Source: Candidatus Acidiferrum sp.
GTDB lineage: Bacteria > Methylomirabilota > Methylomirabilia > Rokubacteriales > CSP1-6
Direction of reading: 5' to 3'
NCBI GenBank assembly: GCA_035635775.1
Contig: DASQAL010000254.1
Span: 13,035-77,034, forward strand
DNA length: 64,000 bases
The position numbers and the translations under genes were made by a program. Below are positions 39,720 through 50,280 of the stretch, one piece after another; the first letter of the stretch is position 1; every line of letters begins with the position of its first letter. The notes beneath the pieces were generated by a model. The model ran no database searches. It had not been told where the DNA came from and saw only the letters and a program-made list of their open reading frames with translations.

Positions 39720-41075
39720 CTAGTTGCCCTGCTGCTGCTTCAGCTTGCGCAGGTGCAGCCGGGCGACGTCCACCCAGTCCTTCTCGGCGGGCAGGTTGGC
39801 GGCCAGCCCGATGTAGCGCTCCCAGAGCGCGATCGATTCCTTGGGGTCCACCTTCTCGTAGACGATGGCCAGGTTGTAGAGCGCGCCGGTGTTCTTGGCG
39901 TCGGCGTCCACCACCTTGCGGTACTCGTCGATCGCTTCCTTGTAGAGGCCCTTGTCCTCGTACACCTCCGCGAGCCCCATCCGCGCATCGAGGTACGTGG
40001 GATCCAGGTCGATCGCCTTCTTGTAGGCGTTGACGGACTCGTAGTAGAGCCCCTTCTCGGCGTAGTAGAGCTTCCCCAGGCTCACGTGCACCTTGGCGTT
40101 CATCGGGTTGTGCTCGACGCCGCGCTGGTACGCGGCGACCGCCGGATCCACCTCGCCCTTCGCGGCGAGCGCGTCGCCCAGCCCGACGTGGGCGTCCGCG
40201 TAGAACGGGCGCAGATCGATGGCCTTGGCGTACGCCTTGATGGCCTCCTCGAAGAGCCGGCGCGGGGCCGTGAGGTACAGATCGCCCAGGGCCTTGTAGG
40301 GCTCCGCGTAGGTGGGATCGAGCTGGGCGGAGGCCCGGAACTGCGCGGCCGCCTTCCAGCGGTTGCCCAGGTTCTGGTGGACCACGCCGAGCGCGTACTG
40401 GGCGGCGACGAACTGCGGATCTGCCTCGATGGCGCGGCTCAGGAACTCGACCGCCGCTTCGCTGCCATCCTGCGTGACCCGGTAGGCGGCCTGGCGCCCG
40501 CGCACGTAGAACTCGTAGGCACGCGATAACCCGGTGGGCGCCGCCCACTTCTGGACGCGCGCCAGCTCCACGTCGCTCGCGGGGACCTTCAGAGCCTTCA
40601 GGTAGCCGGCCGGTAGCGGGCGCAGGCGGTCCAGCAGCTGGCCCTCCGCGATGGCGACGGTGTCCAGCGTGCCGCGCTCGACCTTGTCGCCGCGCAGCTC
40701 CACGAAGCGGGGCTGCAGGATCAGGTCGCTGCCGGTCCGCTTCACCTCCCCGAACAGGGCGACGTCGGCCCCGAGCCGCTTGGCCGCGGCCACGGCGGCC
40801 GCCTCGTCCCACGCCTCCGGCTGCGGGAGCTGCCTGAGGCGGTCGCGATCGATCTGCACCAGCCCCGGCACGTGCACGAGGGCGAGCATGAGCGACTGGG
40901 CCACGCCCTCGCCGATCCACTGCTCCTCCCGCGTGAGATCCGGGGTGGCGAACGGCAGGATGAGCACGTTGCGCGGCTTGGGGGCTGCCTCGGCGACACC
41001 CCCGGCGGCAACCAGCACCAGGAGCAGTCCGGTGACGACGATCCGGTTAGCTCGGATCAGCGCTCTCATCTCCAC
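39720..41075 (-). CDS. secreted TPR-repeat protein
   Basis: Signal peptide then multiple TPR-like repeats (AxxYxxLGxxY... AIxxYxKAIxLxP); start may be M3 (41069). Confidence 0.75.
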   Translation of the reverse strand: MEMRALIRANRIVVTGLLLVLVAAGGVAEAAPKPRNVLILPFATPDLTREEQWIGEGVAQSLMLALVHVPGLVQIDRDRLRQLPQPEAWDEAAAVAAAKRLGADVALFGEVKRTGSDLILQPRFVELRGDKVERGTLDTVAIAEGQLLDRLRPLPAGYLKALKVPASDVELARVQKWAAPTGLSRAYEFYVRGRQAAYRVTQDGSEAAVEFLSRAIEADPQFVAAQYALGVVHQNLGNRWKAAAQFRASAQLDPTYAEPYKALGDLYLTAPRRLFEEAIKAYAKAIDLRPFYADAHVGLGDALAAKGEVDPAVAAYQRGVEHNPMNAKVHVSLGKLYYAEKGLYYESVNAYKKAIDLDPTYLDARMGLAEVYEDKGLYKEAIDEYRKVVDADAKNTGALYNLAIVYEKVDPKESIALWERYIGLAANLPAEKDWVDVARLHLRKLKQQQGN

Positions 41076-44000
41076 GCCCTCCTTTGGCTCGACCCGCGCG
41101 CAGGCGCGCCATCAGCCGACCGAGGCCGACCGGCCCCATCCGGCGCAGCGCGACCTCCGGAATCAGCAGCACCGCCACCAGCCCCACCAGCCACGGCCAG
41201 ATGTCCACGCTCAGGCGCGACTTGTGCCGGTTCTGGAGGAACGCGTCCTTCGGATCGCTCAGCATGCCGCCCCCGGTGAGCTCTGTGATCTCCCGGAGGA
41301 ACGTCTCGTCGACCCCCAGGTCGCGGAACTCCTGCCCGTAGGGCACCACCAGGCCCGCGAGCTGGGAGCCTACCATCTGGTCCGCCCGGCGCTGGGCCAT
41401 GCCCACCAGATACACCCCCTCCTGGGCCGCCGGGAAGCGCCCGCGGTAGCGGCCCGGGCCGATCTGCTCGAGATCGACCACGGTGCGCGTCTTGTCCGGT
41501 GACACCACGCCGACCTGTGAGTCCAGGAAGTTGATGAACTCGCCCTTGGGGTCGATGGCGTCGACCAGGATCTCGCCCACGTTGTCGGTGCGCGAGACCG
41601 TGGCCACCGTATCGCTCCGGGTGCCCGTACGCAACGTCCAGCGCGTCACCTGGGACCAGAACTTGTTGAAGCCGCCCCAGCGCACCCAGAGCACGCCCCA
41701 CTTGGCCTTGGCGTCGGAGGTGAAGGCCACCGACCGGCCCAGGCCGTAGCGCCACGTGGCGAGCAGCGGATCCTCCTGGTGCGTCATCAGCACCAGGTCC
41801 GCGCTGCTCTTCATGCTGGTGGCCACGTAGCCGCCGAGCGGCGGCGCCTCCTTCCAGTTGATCTCCTGGATGGCCTCGTGGGCCGGGCTGGCCACGGTGG
41901 CCTTGAAGGGCTGCTCCACCAGCGAGGCCTTGGAGGCGAGCTGGGTCTCCAGGGTGAAGATGCGGGGGATCGTGGCGTCGTCCTCGGTGTAGTAGAACCG
42001 CCCGCGGCCCCACTTGGCCACGTCCACCATGAGGGGCACGTCGGCGTCCTTGCCGATGGCCACGGTGGAGACCGTGATCTTGTCCTTGGCCATCCGCCGC
42101 AGCAGGCCCGAGAAGTCGCCGCGGGTCATCTGCCCGTCCGACAAGAAGATGACGTGCTTCAGCAGCGCCGGCCGGTCGAAGAGGATCTGGTAGGCCTCCT
42201 TCAGCGCCGGGTAGCCGTCGGTGCCGCCGCCCGCCTTGATCGTGGAGATCGCGTTATGGATGCCCTGCTTGTCCCGGGCCGGCTTGAGGGGAGCGTCCCA
42301 GATGAACTCGGTGTCCCAGCTCATGACCCCGACCTCGTTGCGCTCGTCGAGGAGATCCACCACCAGGTGGGCGGCCTCCTTGGCGATGTCGAGCTTGGTC
42401 ACCTTCTCGTCGGTGGTCATGGCCATGGAGCCCGAGCGATCGATCGAGAGCACCACCGCCAGGCTCGGGATCTCGATCTTCTGCTTCACCTCCATCGTCA
42501 CCGGGAGGGCTTCCTCGATCGGGGTGCGGTAATAGCCGCCGAGGCCGAAGCTCTCCTCGCCGCCCAGCATCAGGAGCCCGCCGCCTTGCTCGCGGACGTA
42601 GTCGCGGATATTCTCCATCTGCTTCTTCGTCATCTTGAGCGACGACACGTTGGACAGGATGAGCCCGTCGTACTTCTGGAGCCCCGCCATGTCCTTGGGG
42701 ATCTTGTCCGCCTCCACCACCGTCACGTCCACGTGCTGGGAGCGCAGGGCCGCCGCGAGGGCCTGGGCCTGGTTGCGGTCCTTCTCGGCGAGCAGCACCT
42801 GCGGCCGCCCGCGCACCACCAGCGTGCCCACCGCGCGGTTGTTCTCCTCGATGGTGTCGCCGTCCACGTCGAGCGCGGCCTGGTAGACGTGGATCCCGCT
42901 CTGCTCGAGCGACTGCCGGTAGGTGAAGACGTTCTTGCCCGGGGAGAGCCGCACCACCTGCGAGCCGAGGAACTCGGCGTTGCGGTAGAGCGACAGCCGC
43001 CCCTGGGTCTCCGCCTGGCTCCACGCCACCACCTTGGCCTGGAACGGCTCGCCGAACTTCACCTCCTGCGGCAGCACCATGGACTCCACGACCACTTCCT
43101 GTGGGAAGGTCAGCGGGGCCGGCACGTAATAGATGTCGGCGCCCGCGTCCTTGGCCGCCTGCGCGACCGCGAGCGCGTTGCCCGCGTTCTGCCGGCCGTC
43201 CGTGAGCAGCACGAACCGGTTGGCCTGGCCGGGCGGCGCGGTGGCCAGCCCGAGCTGGAGCGCCTGGGCCAGGTTCGTCCCGCGCCCGCCCACCTGGGCC
43301 TGGGGGCGCTCGAGCTTGGCGGTCGCGCGAAGCGGCTGGTCCACCATCGCCTCCTCGCCGAACACCACCACGCCCGCCTGGTCGCCCGGCTGCATGCTCG
43401 CCACCGACTGGGCGGCGAAGCGGTACCCGCTCTCGCGCGCGGCCAGGCTCACGCTGTCCGACACGTCCAGCAGGAAGGTCACGTTGAGCCGGTCGGCCCA
43501 GCGCGGGATCGTCGGCTTGGTCAGCGAGTAGAGCAGCATCACCAGGAGCGCGCAGCGTAGGCCGAGGGCCCAGCGGTCGCCCAGCCCGCGGGGCAGCCCG
43601 AGGCGCCCCCCGGTCTGACGGCGCCAGTAGAGGAAGCCCTCCAGCGCGAAGAGCAACAGGGCCAGGGCCACGAAGAAGGGCCAGAGCTCGCGCACGATGA
43701 GCACCGGCGCCGACTCCGGCTGCGCGCCTTCCACGAAGGCGGGCAGCGGCTGCGGGGTCAGGTCCGACTCGTCGCCGTTCATCAGATTCACGGCCACGCG
43801 CGTCTCGCCGCGGGCGGTCACCACCGCGTAGATACCGACCTCGTCGGTCTCGGTGAAGCTCGCCATGCCGCGGTTGACCTGCGCCCGCACGCTACGCCCG
43901 GACGGGGTGCGCACGGTGGCGGTGGTCACTCCGTGCTCCACCGGCAGCAGGATGGGCTGGCCCGTCTGGAGCTGCAGGCTCGACTGGTCGAGCCCGGCCG

Positions 44001-45444
44001 GGTGCAGCCAGCGGAGCCCCTTGGAGAGCATGAGCGGGAAGGCCACCCGCAGGGGGAAGTCGCTGCGGAAGAGATCGAAGCCGAAGAAGAGGGCCTTGCG
44101 GTCGCGCTCTTCCAGGGCGTAGATCAGCGGCCCGCCCACCGCTTCCACGAGGGTCTTGCCGGCGGCGAGCGGCCGGACGCGCATCGCGTCCTCCATCGTC
44201 ACCTTGGCGAAGTCGATCTGCCGCATGATCGGGTGCGTGCGGTCCCAGTCCATGATGGTGGGATTCTCGAGGCGCCCCAGCACCTCGAGCGGCACGTCCA
44301 CGGGCACGGTGTTGACGAGGACGTAGCGACCGTTGCCCAGCTTCTGCGGGCTCACGCTGTCCACCACCACGACGTCGAAGCCCTCCATGCCGCCCTGGTA
44401 GGCGTCGGGCTTGCGCACCTCGAGCTGCACCTGCGGGTCCGTCTTCAGCACCTTTTCCAGGAACAGGTTGCCGGGACTGACGAGCAGGACCGAGATCGTC
44501 CGGGGCGGCGGGATGACCGCGTAGGCGATGTTGTCGGCGTCGAGATCGTCCGAGACGTCGAGCTTGAGCTTGAGCACCCCGCCGCGCTGCTCGCTGAACG
44601 GCACCGTGATGGCCCGGCGCACCTGCGGATCGAGGGTGAGCGTGCGCTCGGTGAGGACCTCGTCGTCCAGGGTCAGCTTCAACGAGAAGCTCTGCCGCTC
44701 GCCCGAGAAGTTGCCCACCGAGAAGAAGGCCTGCGAGTTGTAGGACCCGAAGTAGCTGCGCCGGACCGCGAGGCTCGTGATGCCCACGTTGTGGGAGCGG
44801 CGGCCGGTGCCGGTCCAGCGCACGCGGACGTCGTCGCCCTGGCCCTTGACCGCGTCGGGGTGCGCTCCGTCGGTGAAGACGTGGATCTCCGCGCGCGGGT
44901 CGGGGCCCACCAGCGCGCGCGCGGTCCGGAGGCCCTCCTGCAGGCGGTTCGGGAGGTCGTGCGCCTCCATCGAGCGGATCGCCGAGGAGACCCGGTCGTG
45001 CTCGCGGGTGAAGGGCACCAGCACCTTGGGCTGCACGCCCGCCTCGATCACCATCACCTCGGCGCCCTCGCCCAGGCGGCCGAGCAGCCCGAGCGCGCCG
45101 CGCTGGGCCTGCACGAAGCGCGAGGGCGAGACGTCGATGGCCTTCATGGAGGCGGAGCTGTCCATGACGATGGCCACCCGCTTGGCCCCCTGCCCCATCA
45201 CGTTCACCGCCGGCCGGGCCAGCGCCGCGGTGAGGGCGAGCAAGGCCAGGATCTGGAGGATGAGGAGCGGGTCGCGCTGCAGCCGCTGGAAGAAGGTGGA
45301 GGCCTCGCGGTCGCGGAGCGCGGGCGCCCACAGGAGCAGGCTCGACACCCGCATCTGCCGCCGCCGGACTTTCAGAAAGTACAGGAGGAGCAGCGGCACC
45401 GACAGGGTGCCCAGCAGCAGGGCGAAGGGGCTGAGGAAGTTCAT
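41047..45444 (-). CDS. giant BatA/BatB-like membrane protein with aerotolerance-regulator N-terminal domain and multiple von Willebrand factor A domains (1465 aa)
   Basis: N-terminus MNFLSPFALLLGTLSVPLLLLYFLKVRRR (BatA_N-like); several vWA regions each with a MIDAS DxSxS motif (VAIVMDSSASM, LLDVSDSV, LSIDRSGSM); internal and C-terminal TM segments; overlaps DUF58 gene by ATGA. Confidence 0.75.
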   Translation of the reverse strand: MNFLSPFALLLGTLSVPLLLLYFLKVRRRQMRVSSLLLWAPALRDREASTFFQRLQRDPLLILQILALLALTAALARPAVNVMGQGAKRVAIVMDSSASMKAIDVSPSRFVQAQRGALGLLGRLGEGAEVMVIEAGVQPKVLVPFTREHDRVSSAIRSMEAHDLPNRLQEGLRTARALVGPDPRAEIHVFTDGAHPDAVKGQGDDVRVRWTGTGRRSHNVGITSLAVRRSYFGSYNSQAFFSVGNFSGERQSFSLKLTLDDEVLTERTLTLDPQVRRAITVPFSEQRGGVLKLKLDVSDDLDADNIAYAVIPPPRTISVLLVSPGNLFLEKVLKTDPQVQLEVRKPDAYQGGMEGFDVVVVDSVSPQKLGNGRYVLVNTVPVDVPLEVLGRLENPTIMDWDRTHPIMRQIDFAKVTMEDAMRVRPLAAGKTLVEAVGGPLIYALEERDRKALFFGFDLFRSDFPLRVAFPLMLSKGLRWLHPAGLDQSSLQLQTGQPILLPVEHGVTTATVRTPSGRSVRAQVNRGMASFTETDEVGIYAVVTARGETRVAVNLMNGDESDLTPQPLPAFVEGAQPESAPVLIVRELWPFFVALALLLFALEGFLYWRRQTGGRLGLPRGLGDRWALGLRCALLVMLLYSLTKPTIPRWADRLNVTFLLDVSDSVSLAARESGYRFAAQSVASMQPGDQAGVVVFGEEAMVDQPLRATAKLERPQAQVGGRGTNLAQALQLGLATAPPGQANRFVLLTDGRQNAGNALAVAQAAKDAGADIYYVPAPLTFPQEVVVESMVLPQEVKFGEPFQAKVVAWSQAETQGRLSLYRNAEFLGSQVVRLSPGKNVFTYRQSLEQSGIHVYQAALDVDGDTIEENNRAVGTLVVRGRPQVLLAEKDRNQAQALAAALRSQHVDVTVVEADKIPKDMAGLQKYDGLILSNVSSLKMTKKQMENIRDYVREQGGGLLMLGGEESFGLGGYYRTPIEEALPVTMEVKQKIEIPSLAVVLSIDRSGSMAMTTDEKVTKLDIAKEAAHLVVDLLDERNEVGVMSWDTEFIWDAPLKPARDKQGIHNAISTIKAGGGTDGYPALKEAYQILFDRPALLKHVIFLSDGQMTRGDFSGLLRRMAKDKITVSTVAIGKDADVPLMVDVAKWGRGRFYYTEDDATIPRIFTLETQLASKASLVEQPFKATVASPAHEAIQEINWKEAPPLGGYVATSMKSSADLVLMTHQEDPLLATWRYGLGRSVAFTSDAKAKWGVLWVRWGGFNKFWSQVTRWTLRTGTRSDTVATVSRTDNVGEILVDAIDPKGEFINFLDSQVGVVSPDKTRTVVDLEQIGPGRYRGRFPAAQEGVYLVGMAQRRADQMVGSQLAGLVVPYGQEFRDLGVDETFLREITELTGGGMLSDPKDAFLQNRHKSRLSVDIWPWLVGLVAVLLIPEVALRRMGPVGLGRLMARLRAGRAKGGRGDESADPS

Positions 45445-46349
45445 GCGAGCAGGAGCCCCTTGAGCTGGCGGAGCATGAACTCCTCCACCGGCGTCTCCGT
45501 CACCACCCGGTGGTAGGTGATCTCGTTGCCCCGGCAGAACTGCTCGGCGTGATCGAGGAAGGCGCGGAGCCGCTCGTGGTAGCCGCGCAGGGCCTCGCCG
45601 TCGAGGGTGAGGTCGCGCTGCTCGTCGGTCTCCGCGTCGAGCAGGCGCAGGTCACCGCCGAAGGCGGGATTCATCTCGTCCGCGGCCAGCACGTGGACGA
45701 CGTGCACGTCGAAGCGCCGCTCCAGGAGCGCCTTCAGCCCGCGCTCGTAGCCGCCCGGGTCCATCAGGTCCGAGACGAGCACGGCCAGGCCCGCCTCGCG
45801 CGAGCGCAGCGCGTAGGCCGCGAGCCCCTCGTTCAGCGAGGTGGCCCCGCCCGCGCGCAGGCGGCCGAGGAAGTCCATCAGCGGTATCGCCTGGCTCCGG
45901 CCGCGCGCCGGGTTGAAGCCCTCGGCCATCCGGTCCCGCACCACGCCCACGCCCACCCGCTCGAGCCCCACCAGGCCCACGAAGCCGAGGGCGCCGGCCA
46001 GGCGCGCGGAGTAGTCGAGCTTGGACGGCTCGCCGAAGCCCATGGAGGCGGAGGCATCCACCAGCAGGTGCAGGCAGAGATCCTCCTCGTCCACGAACAG
46101 CTTGAGGTAGAGGCGGTCCAGGCGGGCGTAGACGTTCCAGTCCACGTAGCGGAGATCGTCGCCGACCCCATACTGCCGGTAGTCGGAGAACTCCACGCTG
46201 ATGCCCTTGCGGGGGCTGCGCCGCTCTCCCTTCACGCGTCCACGGAAGGACCGGCGGGAGAGCAGGGTCAGGCGCTCGAGCTGGGTGAGGAAGTCCGTCG
46301 ACAGCAACTCGTGGCCGGCACGCGCGGTGGCCACGACGCTATTTCTCAT
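45441..46349 (-). CDS. DUF58-family protein (MoxR-associated vWA-like)
   Basis: DUF58 pattern EFSDYRQYGVGDDLRYVDWNVYARLDRLYLKLF, LLVDASASM. Confidence 0.75.
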   Translation of the reverse strand: MRNSVVATARAGHELLSTDFLTQLERLTLLSRRSFRGRVKGERRSPRKGISVEFSDYRQYGVGDDLRYVDWNVYARLDRLYLKLFVDEEDLCLHLLVDASASMGFGEPSKLDYSARLAGALGFVGLVGLERVGVGVVRDRMAEGFNPARGRSQAIPLMDFLGRLRAGGATSLNEGLAAYALRSREAGLAVLVSDLMDPGGYERGLKALLERRFDVHVVHVLAADEMNPAFGGDLRLLDAETDEQRDLTLDGEALRGYHERLRAFLDHAEQFCRGNEITYHRVVTETPVEEFMLRQLKGLLLA

Positions 46350-47823
46350 CCAGCGCTTGGAAGTACTCCTTCACCTGGCTCTGGAAGTCGCGCGGCACCT
46401 GCTCGCGCGCGATGGACTCCTCCATCATCTTCCGGTACTGCCCCAGCACGCCCATGTACTGCAGGCGGGAGGGCATCTGCGAGCCGCGCCCGACCATGTT
46501 GGTGTCGATCCCCTGCTTGCGACCCGCACGGGCCTCACCCTCCACGCCCACGTCGAACGGACTACCACGCAGGCGCGCGGTGGGGTCGCCCTTCGGAGAC
46601 CCGCTCTTGCCGCGGCCCGGCAGCAGCCCCTCGCCCTCCGGGAAATCGCCCTCGTCGCCCGGCCCGCCCTGGCCCTGGCCGCGCTCGTTCCCGCGCTTGT
46701 TGCCGCGCCGGTCGCTCTCGCGCCCACCCTTGAGCGACTTGCCGTCGCGGCCCCGCTCCTCCTTGGAGCGCATCTTGTTCAGCGCCCGCTCCATGGCCTC
46801 CATCGCCCGGTCGCTCTGGCCGCCCTCGAGGGCTTCCATGCCTTCGTAGACGTCCCCCGACCAGTCGCTCTGCCCACCCCCTGGCTGGTTCTTCCGCCCA
46901 AGCCGCTCCATCTCCTGCAACAGCTCGCGCAGTTTCTCCGGCGACACCTTCTTATTGGGGTCGAGACCGCCGCGCAGTGCCTTGGCCTTCTGCAAGACCA
47001 TCCGGGCCTGGTTCTGCGTGAAGTCGCTCTGGAGATCCGGCAGCCGGTCCATCTGCTCCAGCATCCGCAGCCGGTCGTCGCCCTTCTTGAGGAAGGAGTT
47101 GAAATCGGGCGCCCGGCCGGCCAGCGACGTGTCCTTGAAGACGGCGGCGAGATCGCCGGGCTGGCTCTGGCCGCCCCCGCCCATGCGCGGCGTCAGCGTG
47201 CGCTCCTGCACCTCCGCCCGCTGCACCGGATCGCGCCGGGTGGCCTGCCGGCGCTCCGCCTGCTGCAGGTCTCCGCCGCGCTCCTTGAGCTTCTCCTCTT
47301 CCTCGTCCCGGGAGACCGAGAAGTTGGGCAGGCCGCCCTGGGGCAACGGAATGGGCGGGGCCGCCGCGAGCACGAGGCCCAGGACGAGCGGGACGGGAAC
47401 GAACTTGGCCCCCCGGGGCAACCGACGCGGGATGATGCGCCGCGCGCCGAGCCGGTCGGCGCGGGCCGCCGCGTCGGCGACGAGGGCCTCCACGATCGGG
47501 GTCCGGTCCGCGCGCTCGGCCCACTCCAGCGCGGTGCTCACCCGATCTTGAAGTCCGTAGCCGCGGTCGGCGAGCCGCGCCGCGTCCGCCTGGGGCAGCT
47601 TCAGCAGGAAGCCCCACAGGGCTCCGGCCCCCGCGCCCGCCAGCAGGAGGATCGCGGCGCCCACGTAGCTCCAGATCCCCAGCGACTCCTTGAGCACGAG
47701 CGGCACCACCGCGGCCACCGCGCCCCACAGGAGGCCGCGCAGGCCATAGAATTCAGCGCGCCGCAGGCGGATCTGCCGGGCGACCTCCGCGACGAGCCGC
47801 TCGATCACCGTGGGACCGGGCAT
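46339..47823 (-). CDS. hypothetical membrane protein with charged/low-complexity C-terminal region (MoxR-operon associated)
   Basis: Two N-terminal TM helices then Arg/Glu/Gly-rich region; position between moxR and DUF58 as in Bat-type operons. Confidence 0.5.
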   Translation of the reverse strand: MPGPTVIERLVAEVARQIRLRRAEFYGLRGLLWGAVAAVVPLVLKESLGIWSYVGAAILLLAGAGAGALWGFLLKLPQADAARLADRGYGLQDRVSTALEWAERADRTPIVEALVADAAARADRLGARRIIPRRLPRGAKFVPVPLVLGLVLAAAPPIPLPQGGLPNFSVSRDEEEEKLKERGGDLQQAERRQATRRDPVQRAEVQERTLTPRMGGGGQSQPGDLAAVFKDTSLAGRAPDFNSFLKKGDDRLRMLEQMDRLPDLQSDFTQNQARMVLQKAKALRGGLDPNKKVSPEKLRELLQEMERLGRKNQPGGGQSDWSGDVYEGMEALEGGQSDRAMEAMERALNKMRSKEERGRDGKSLKGGRESDRRGNKRGNERGQGQGGPGDEGDFPEGEGLLPGRGKSGSPKGDPTARLRGSPFDVGVEGEARAGRKQGIDTNMVGRGSQMPSRLQYMGVLGQYRKMMEESIAREQVPRDFQSQVKEYFQALDEK

Positions 47824-47839
47824 CAGACTCTCCTCTCGC

Positions 47840-48877
47840 CTATCTCAGGAAGACCTCTTTCTCTGAACCGGTCATGCTCTCGGCGGCCGCGACGGTCTGG
47901 CCGATCAGGTCGTCCACGTCCACGCCCTCCGCCTCGCCCTCGAAGTTCAGGATGAGCCGGTGACGGAGCGCGGGCAGCGCGGTGGCCCGGAGATCCTCCA
48001 CACTGACGTTGAAGCGGCCTTCCGAGAGCGCGCGGACCTTCGCGCCCAGCACCAGGGCCTGCGCTCCGCGCGGGCTCGCCCCGTAGCGGATGAAGCGACG
48101 CGTCGACTCGGGGGCCCGCTCCCACTGCGGATGGGTGGCGAGCACGATGAAGGAGGCGAGGTCTCGCACGTGGGTGGCGATCGGGATCTCGCGCACCAGC
48201 TCGCGCATGGTGAGCACCTGGGCACCGGTCAGCACGCGCCGGACCTCGACGTGCCGCACGTGGGTGGTGCGGTCGATGATCTCGGTGAGTTCCTCGAGAG
48301 CCGGATAGCGGACCCGCAGCTTGAAGAGGAAGCGGTCGAGCTGCGCCTCCGGCAGCGGGTAGGTGCCTTCCATCTCGATGGGGTTCTGGGTGGCGAGCAC
48401 GAAGAAGGGCGCGGGCAGCGGGTGGGAGTGGCCGGAGACGGTGACCGACCCCTCCTGCATGCCCTCCAGGAGCGCCGACTGCGTCTTCGGGGTGGCCCGG
48501 TTCACCTCGTCGGCGAGCAGGATGTGGCCAAAGATGGGCCCGCGCTGGAACTGGAAGTGCTTTCGCGCCTGGGCGTCTTCCACGATGATATTGGTGCCGA
48601 TGATGTCGCCCGGCATCAGGTCCGGCGTGAACTGGATGCGGGAGAAGGAGAGCTCGAGGCTCTCCGCGAGGGTCTTGATGAGAAGCGTCTTGCCGAGGCC
48701 GGGGACGCCTTCCAGCAGCACGTGACCGCCCGCGAAGAGACCGACCAGCACCTCGCCGACGACGTCGTGATGGCCGACGATGACCTTGCCGACCTCGGCG
48801 CGCAGCGCCTGGTGGGCGCTCACGAACTCCTGGACTCGCTGCTCCTGGGACTGGCTAGACACGGGAGGCTGCGCCAT
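47840..48877 (-). CDS. MoxR-family AAA+ ATPase
   Basis: Walker A GVPGLGKT, Walker B ILLADEVNRATP, MoxR C-terminal region; AGGAG SD upstream of chosen ATG. Confidence 0.9.
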   Translation of the reverse strand: MAQPPVSSQSQEQRVQEFVSAHQALRAEVGKVIVGHHDVVGEVLVGLFAGGHVLLEGVPGLGKTLLIKTLAESLELSFSRIQFTPDLMPGDIIGTNIIVEDAQARKHFQFQRGPIFGHILLADEVNRATPKTQSALLEGMQEGSVTVSGHSHPLPAPFFVLATQNPIEMEGTYPLPEAQLDRFLFKLRVRYPALEELTEIIDRTTHVRHVEVRRVLTGAQVLTMRELVREIPIATHVRDLASFIVLATHPQWERAPESTRRFIRYGASPRGAQALVLGAKVRALSEGRFNVSVEDLRATALPALRHRLILNFEGEAEGVDVDDLIGQTVAAAESMTGSEKEVFLR

Positions 48878-49094
48878 GAACGGCTCCTTTCCCGCCTGGA
48901 ATTGAATTGATCCATCATAGGGGGGCGTTCCAGCCCCGTCAACTACTTGCCCCTTCTTCTGGCACTCCGATGTGCGTGGTGCCGGAATTTCACTCAGCGT
49001 CACGCGTGCGACACCCCGAAACGCGTGCGAAACGCGCTCGAACGCGCGCGCGGCCCGATTGACTCGATGCGGCAGCAAGGACCGTGCCGCGCGC

Positions 49095-50141
49095 TCAGCC
49101 GGAATCAGGCACCAGTCGCATGTACACGGCGAGGTAGCCGTCGATTTCGCGGTCGGCGCCGAAGCGCGCGCTGACACGCTCGCGGCCCGCCACCCCGAGC
49201 CGCGCGCGGAGATCGGGATCCTGCAGCAGGCGATCGGCCTTCGCGGCCAGCTCCTCCGCCGAGCCGAACAGGAAGCCGGTGATCGCGTCCTCGACGAGGG
49301 ATCGGTTACCCGCGATGTCCGCGGCGAGCACCGCGCGGCCGAGGGAGAGGGCTTCGAGCACCGAGTTGGCCATCCCGCCCTCGGCGAGCGAGCAGTTGAG
49401 CACCACGTCCGCCAGATCGAGGAGGGCGGGCATGCGGTTGTGCGGCACCGCCCCCAGGTACCGGGCCCACCGATAGTCGGCCAGCAGCCGGCGCAGGGCC
49501 TCGCCTTCCGCCGCGTCGATGATCGGCCCCACGTAGACCAGCTCGAGCGTCGGATGCCGGTCGCGCAGGCCCTCGAGCGGCTCCAGCGGAAACGCGGGCC
49601 GCTTCACCTTCCGGATGCCGGCCGGGAACAGAACGATGGGGCCGGGCAGCCGCTGGAGCGCGGCGACCGGCGGCCAGTGGCCGGCGGCCGGCACCCCGAA
49701 CACCGCGCTCTGCGGGATCACCACGAGGCGGGCCGCGGTCGCGGGCAGCGCCTCCACGATGCGATCCGCCATCGACTTGTCGAAGACACTCACCGCCCCC
49801 GCGCCCTCCAGCACCCGCCGGACGATGGGCGCCGCGTCCTCGTCGAAGAGATCCTGGTTCACGTCGGTGCCCGTCACCGTCACCAGCAGCGGGACGCCCA
49901 CGCGCCGCGCCAGCCGCAGCGCGGTGGGGCCGGTGCGGAAGGCGTGGAACGCGTGGATCACCGACGGCCCGTACTGGGTGATCTGGTGGTCGACCGCGCC
50001 CTCGGGCACCACCGAGAGATCCCAGACGCGCAGCTCGACACCGCGCTGCCGGAGACCGCGCGCGATACGGTCGACCGTGATGGCATTGCCGCGAACCGAG
50101 GGCGAGGCGAAGGGCGTGAGGACGGCCACCCGAGCGGCCAT
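49095..50141 (-). CDS. GT4 family glycosyltransferase (glycosyl transferases group 1)
   Basis: GT-B fold pattern with C-terminal E-x7-E region (EGGMANSVLEALSLGRAVLAADIAG). Confidence 0.75.
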   Translation of the reverse strand: MAARVAVLTPFASPSVRGNAITVDRIARGLRQRGVELRVWDLSVVPEGAVDHQITQYGPSVIHAFHAFRTGPTALRLARRVGVPLLVTVTGTDVNQDLFDEDAAPIVRRVLEGAGAVSVFDKSMADRIVEALPATAARLVVIPQSAVFGVPAAGHWPPVAALQRLPGPIVLFPAGIRKVKRPAFPLEPLEGLRDRHPTLELVYVGPIIDAAEGEALRRLLADYRWARYLGAVPHNRMPALLDLADVVLNCSLAEGGMANSVLEALSLGRAVLAADIAGNRSLVEDAITGFLFGSAEELAAKADRLLQDPDLRARLGVAGRERVSARFGADREIDGYLAVYMRLVPDSG

Positions 50142-50280
50142 GGTTGCGCGGAGCCTACACCGGCCCCGCGCGGCAAGGCAATCGCCGCGCGACCCCGGCC
50201 GCCAAAGACGGACTTGCTCCGGGCCGGCCCTGTGTTAAGGTTTCGCTACAGGTCGTCGCCTCACCGGCGAGGGGGAACAG

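Noticed and set aside
39451-39723. Listed 90-aa ORF (MQIDERAATGRPSIQQSH...)
   Set aside because: Out of frame relative to the glutaredoxin-like reading frame. No motifs. The +1 frame interrupted by one TGA gives a complete Grx fold, so this ORF is the artefact.
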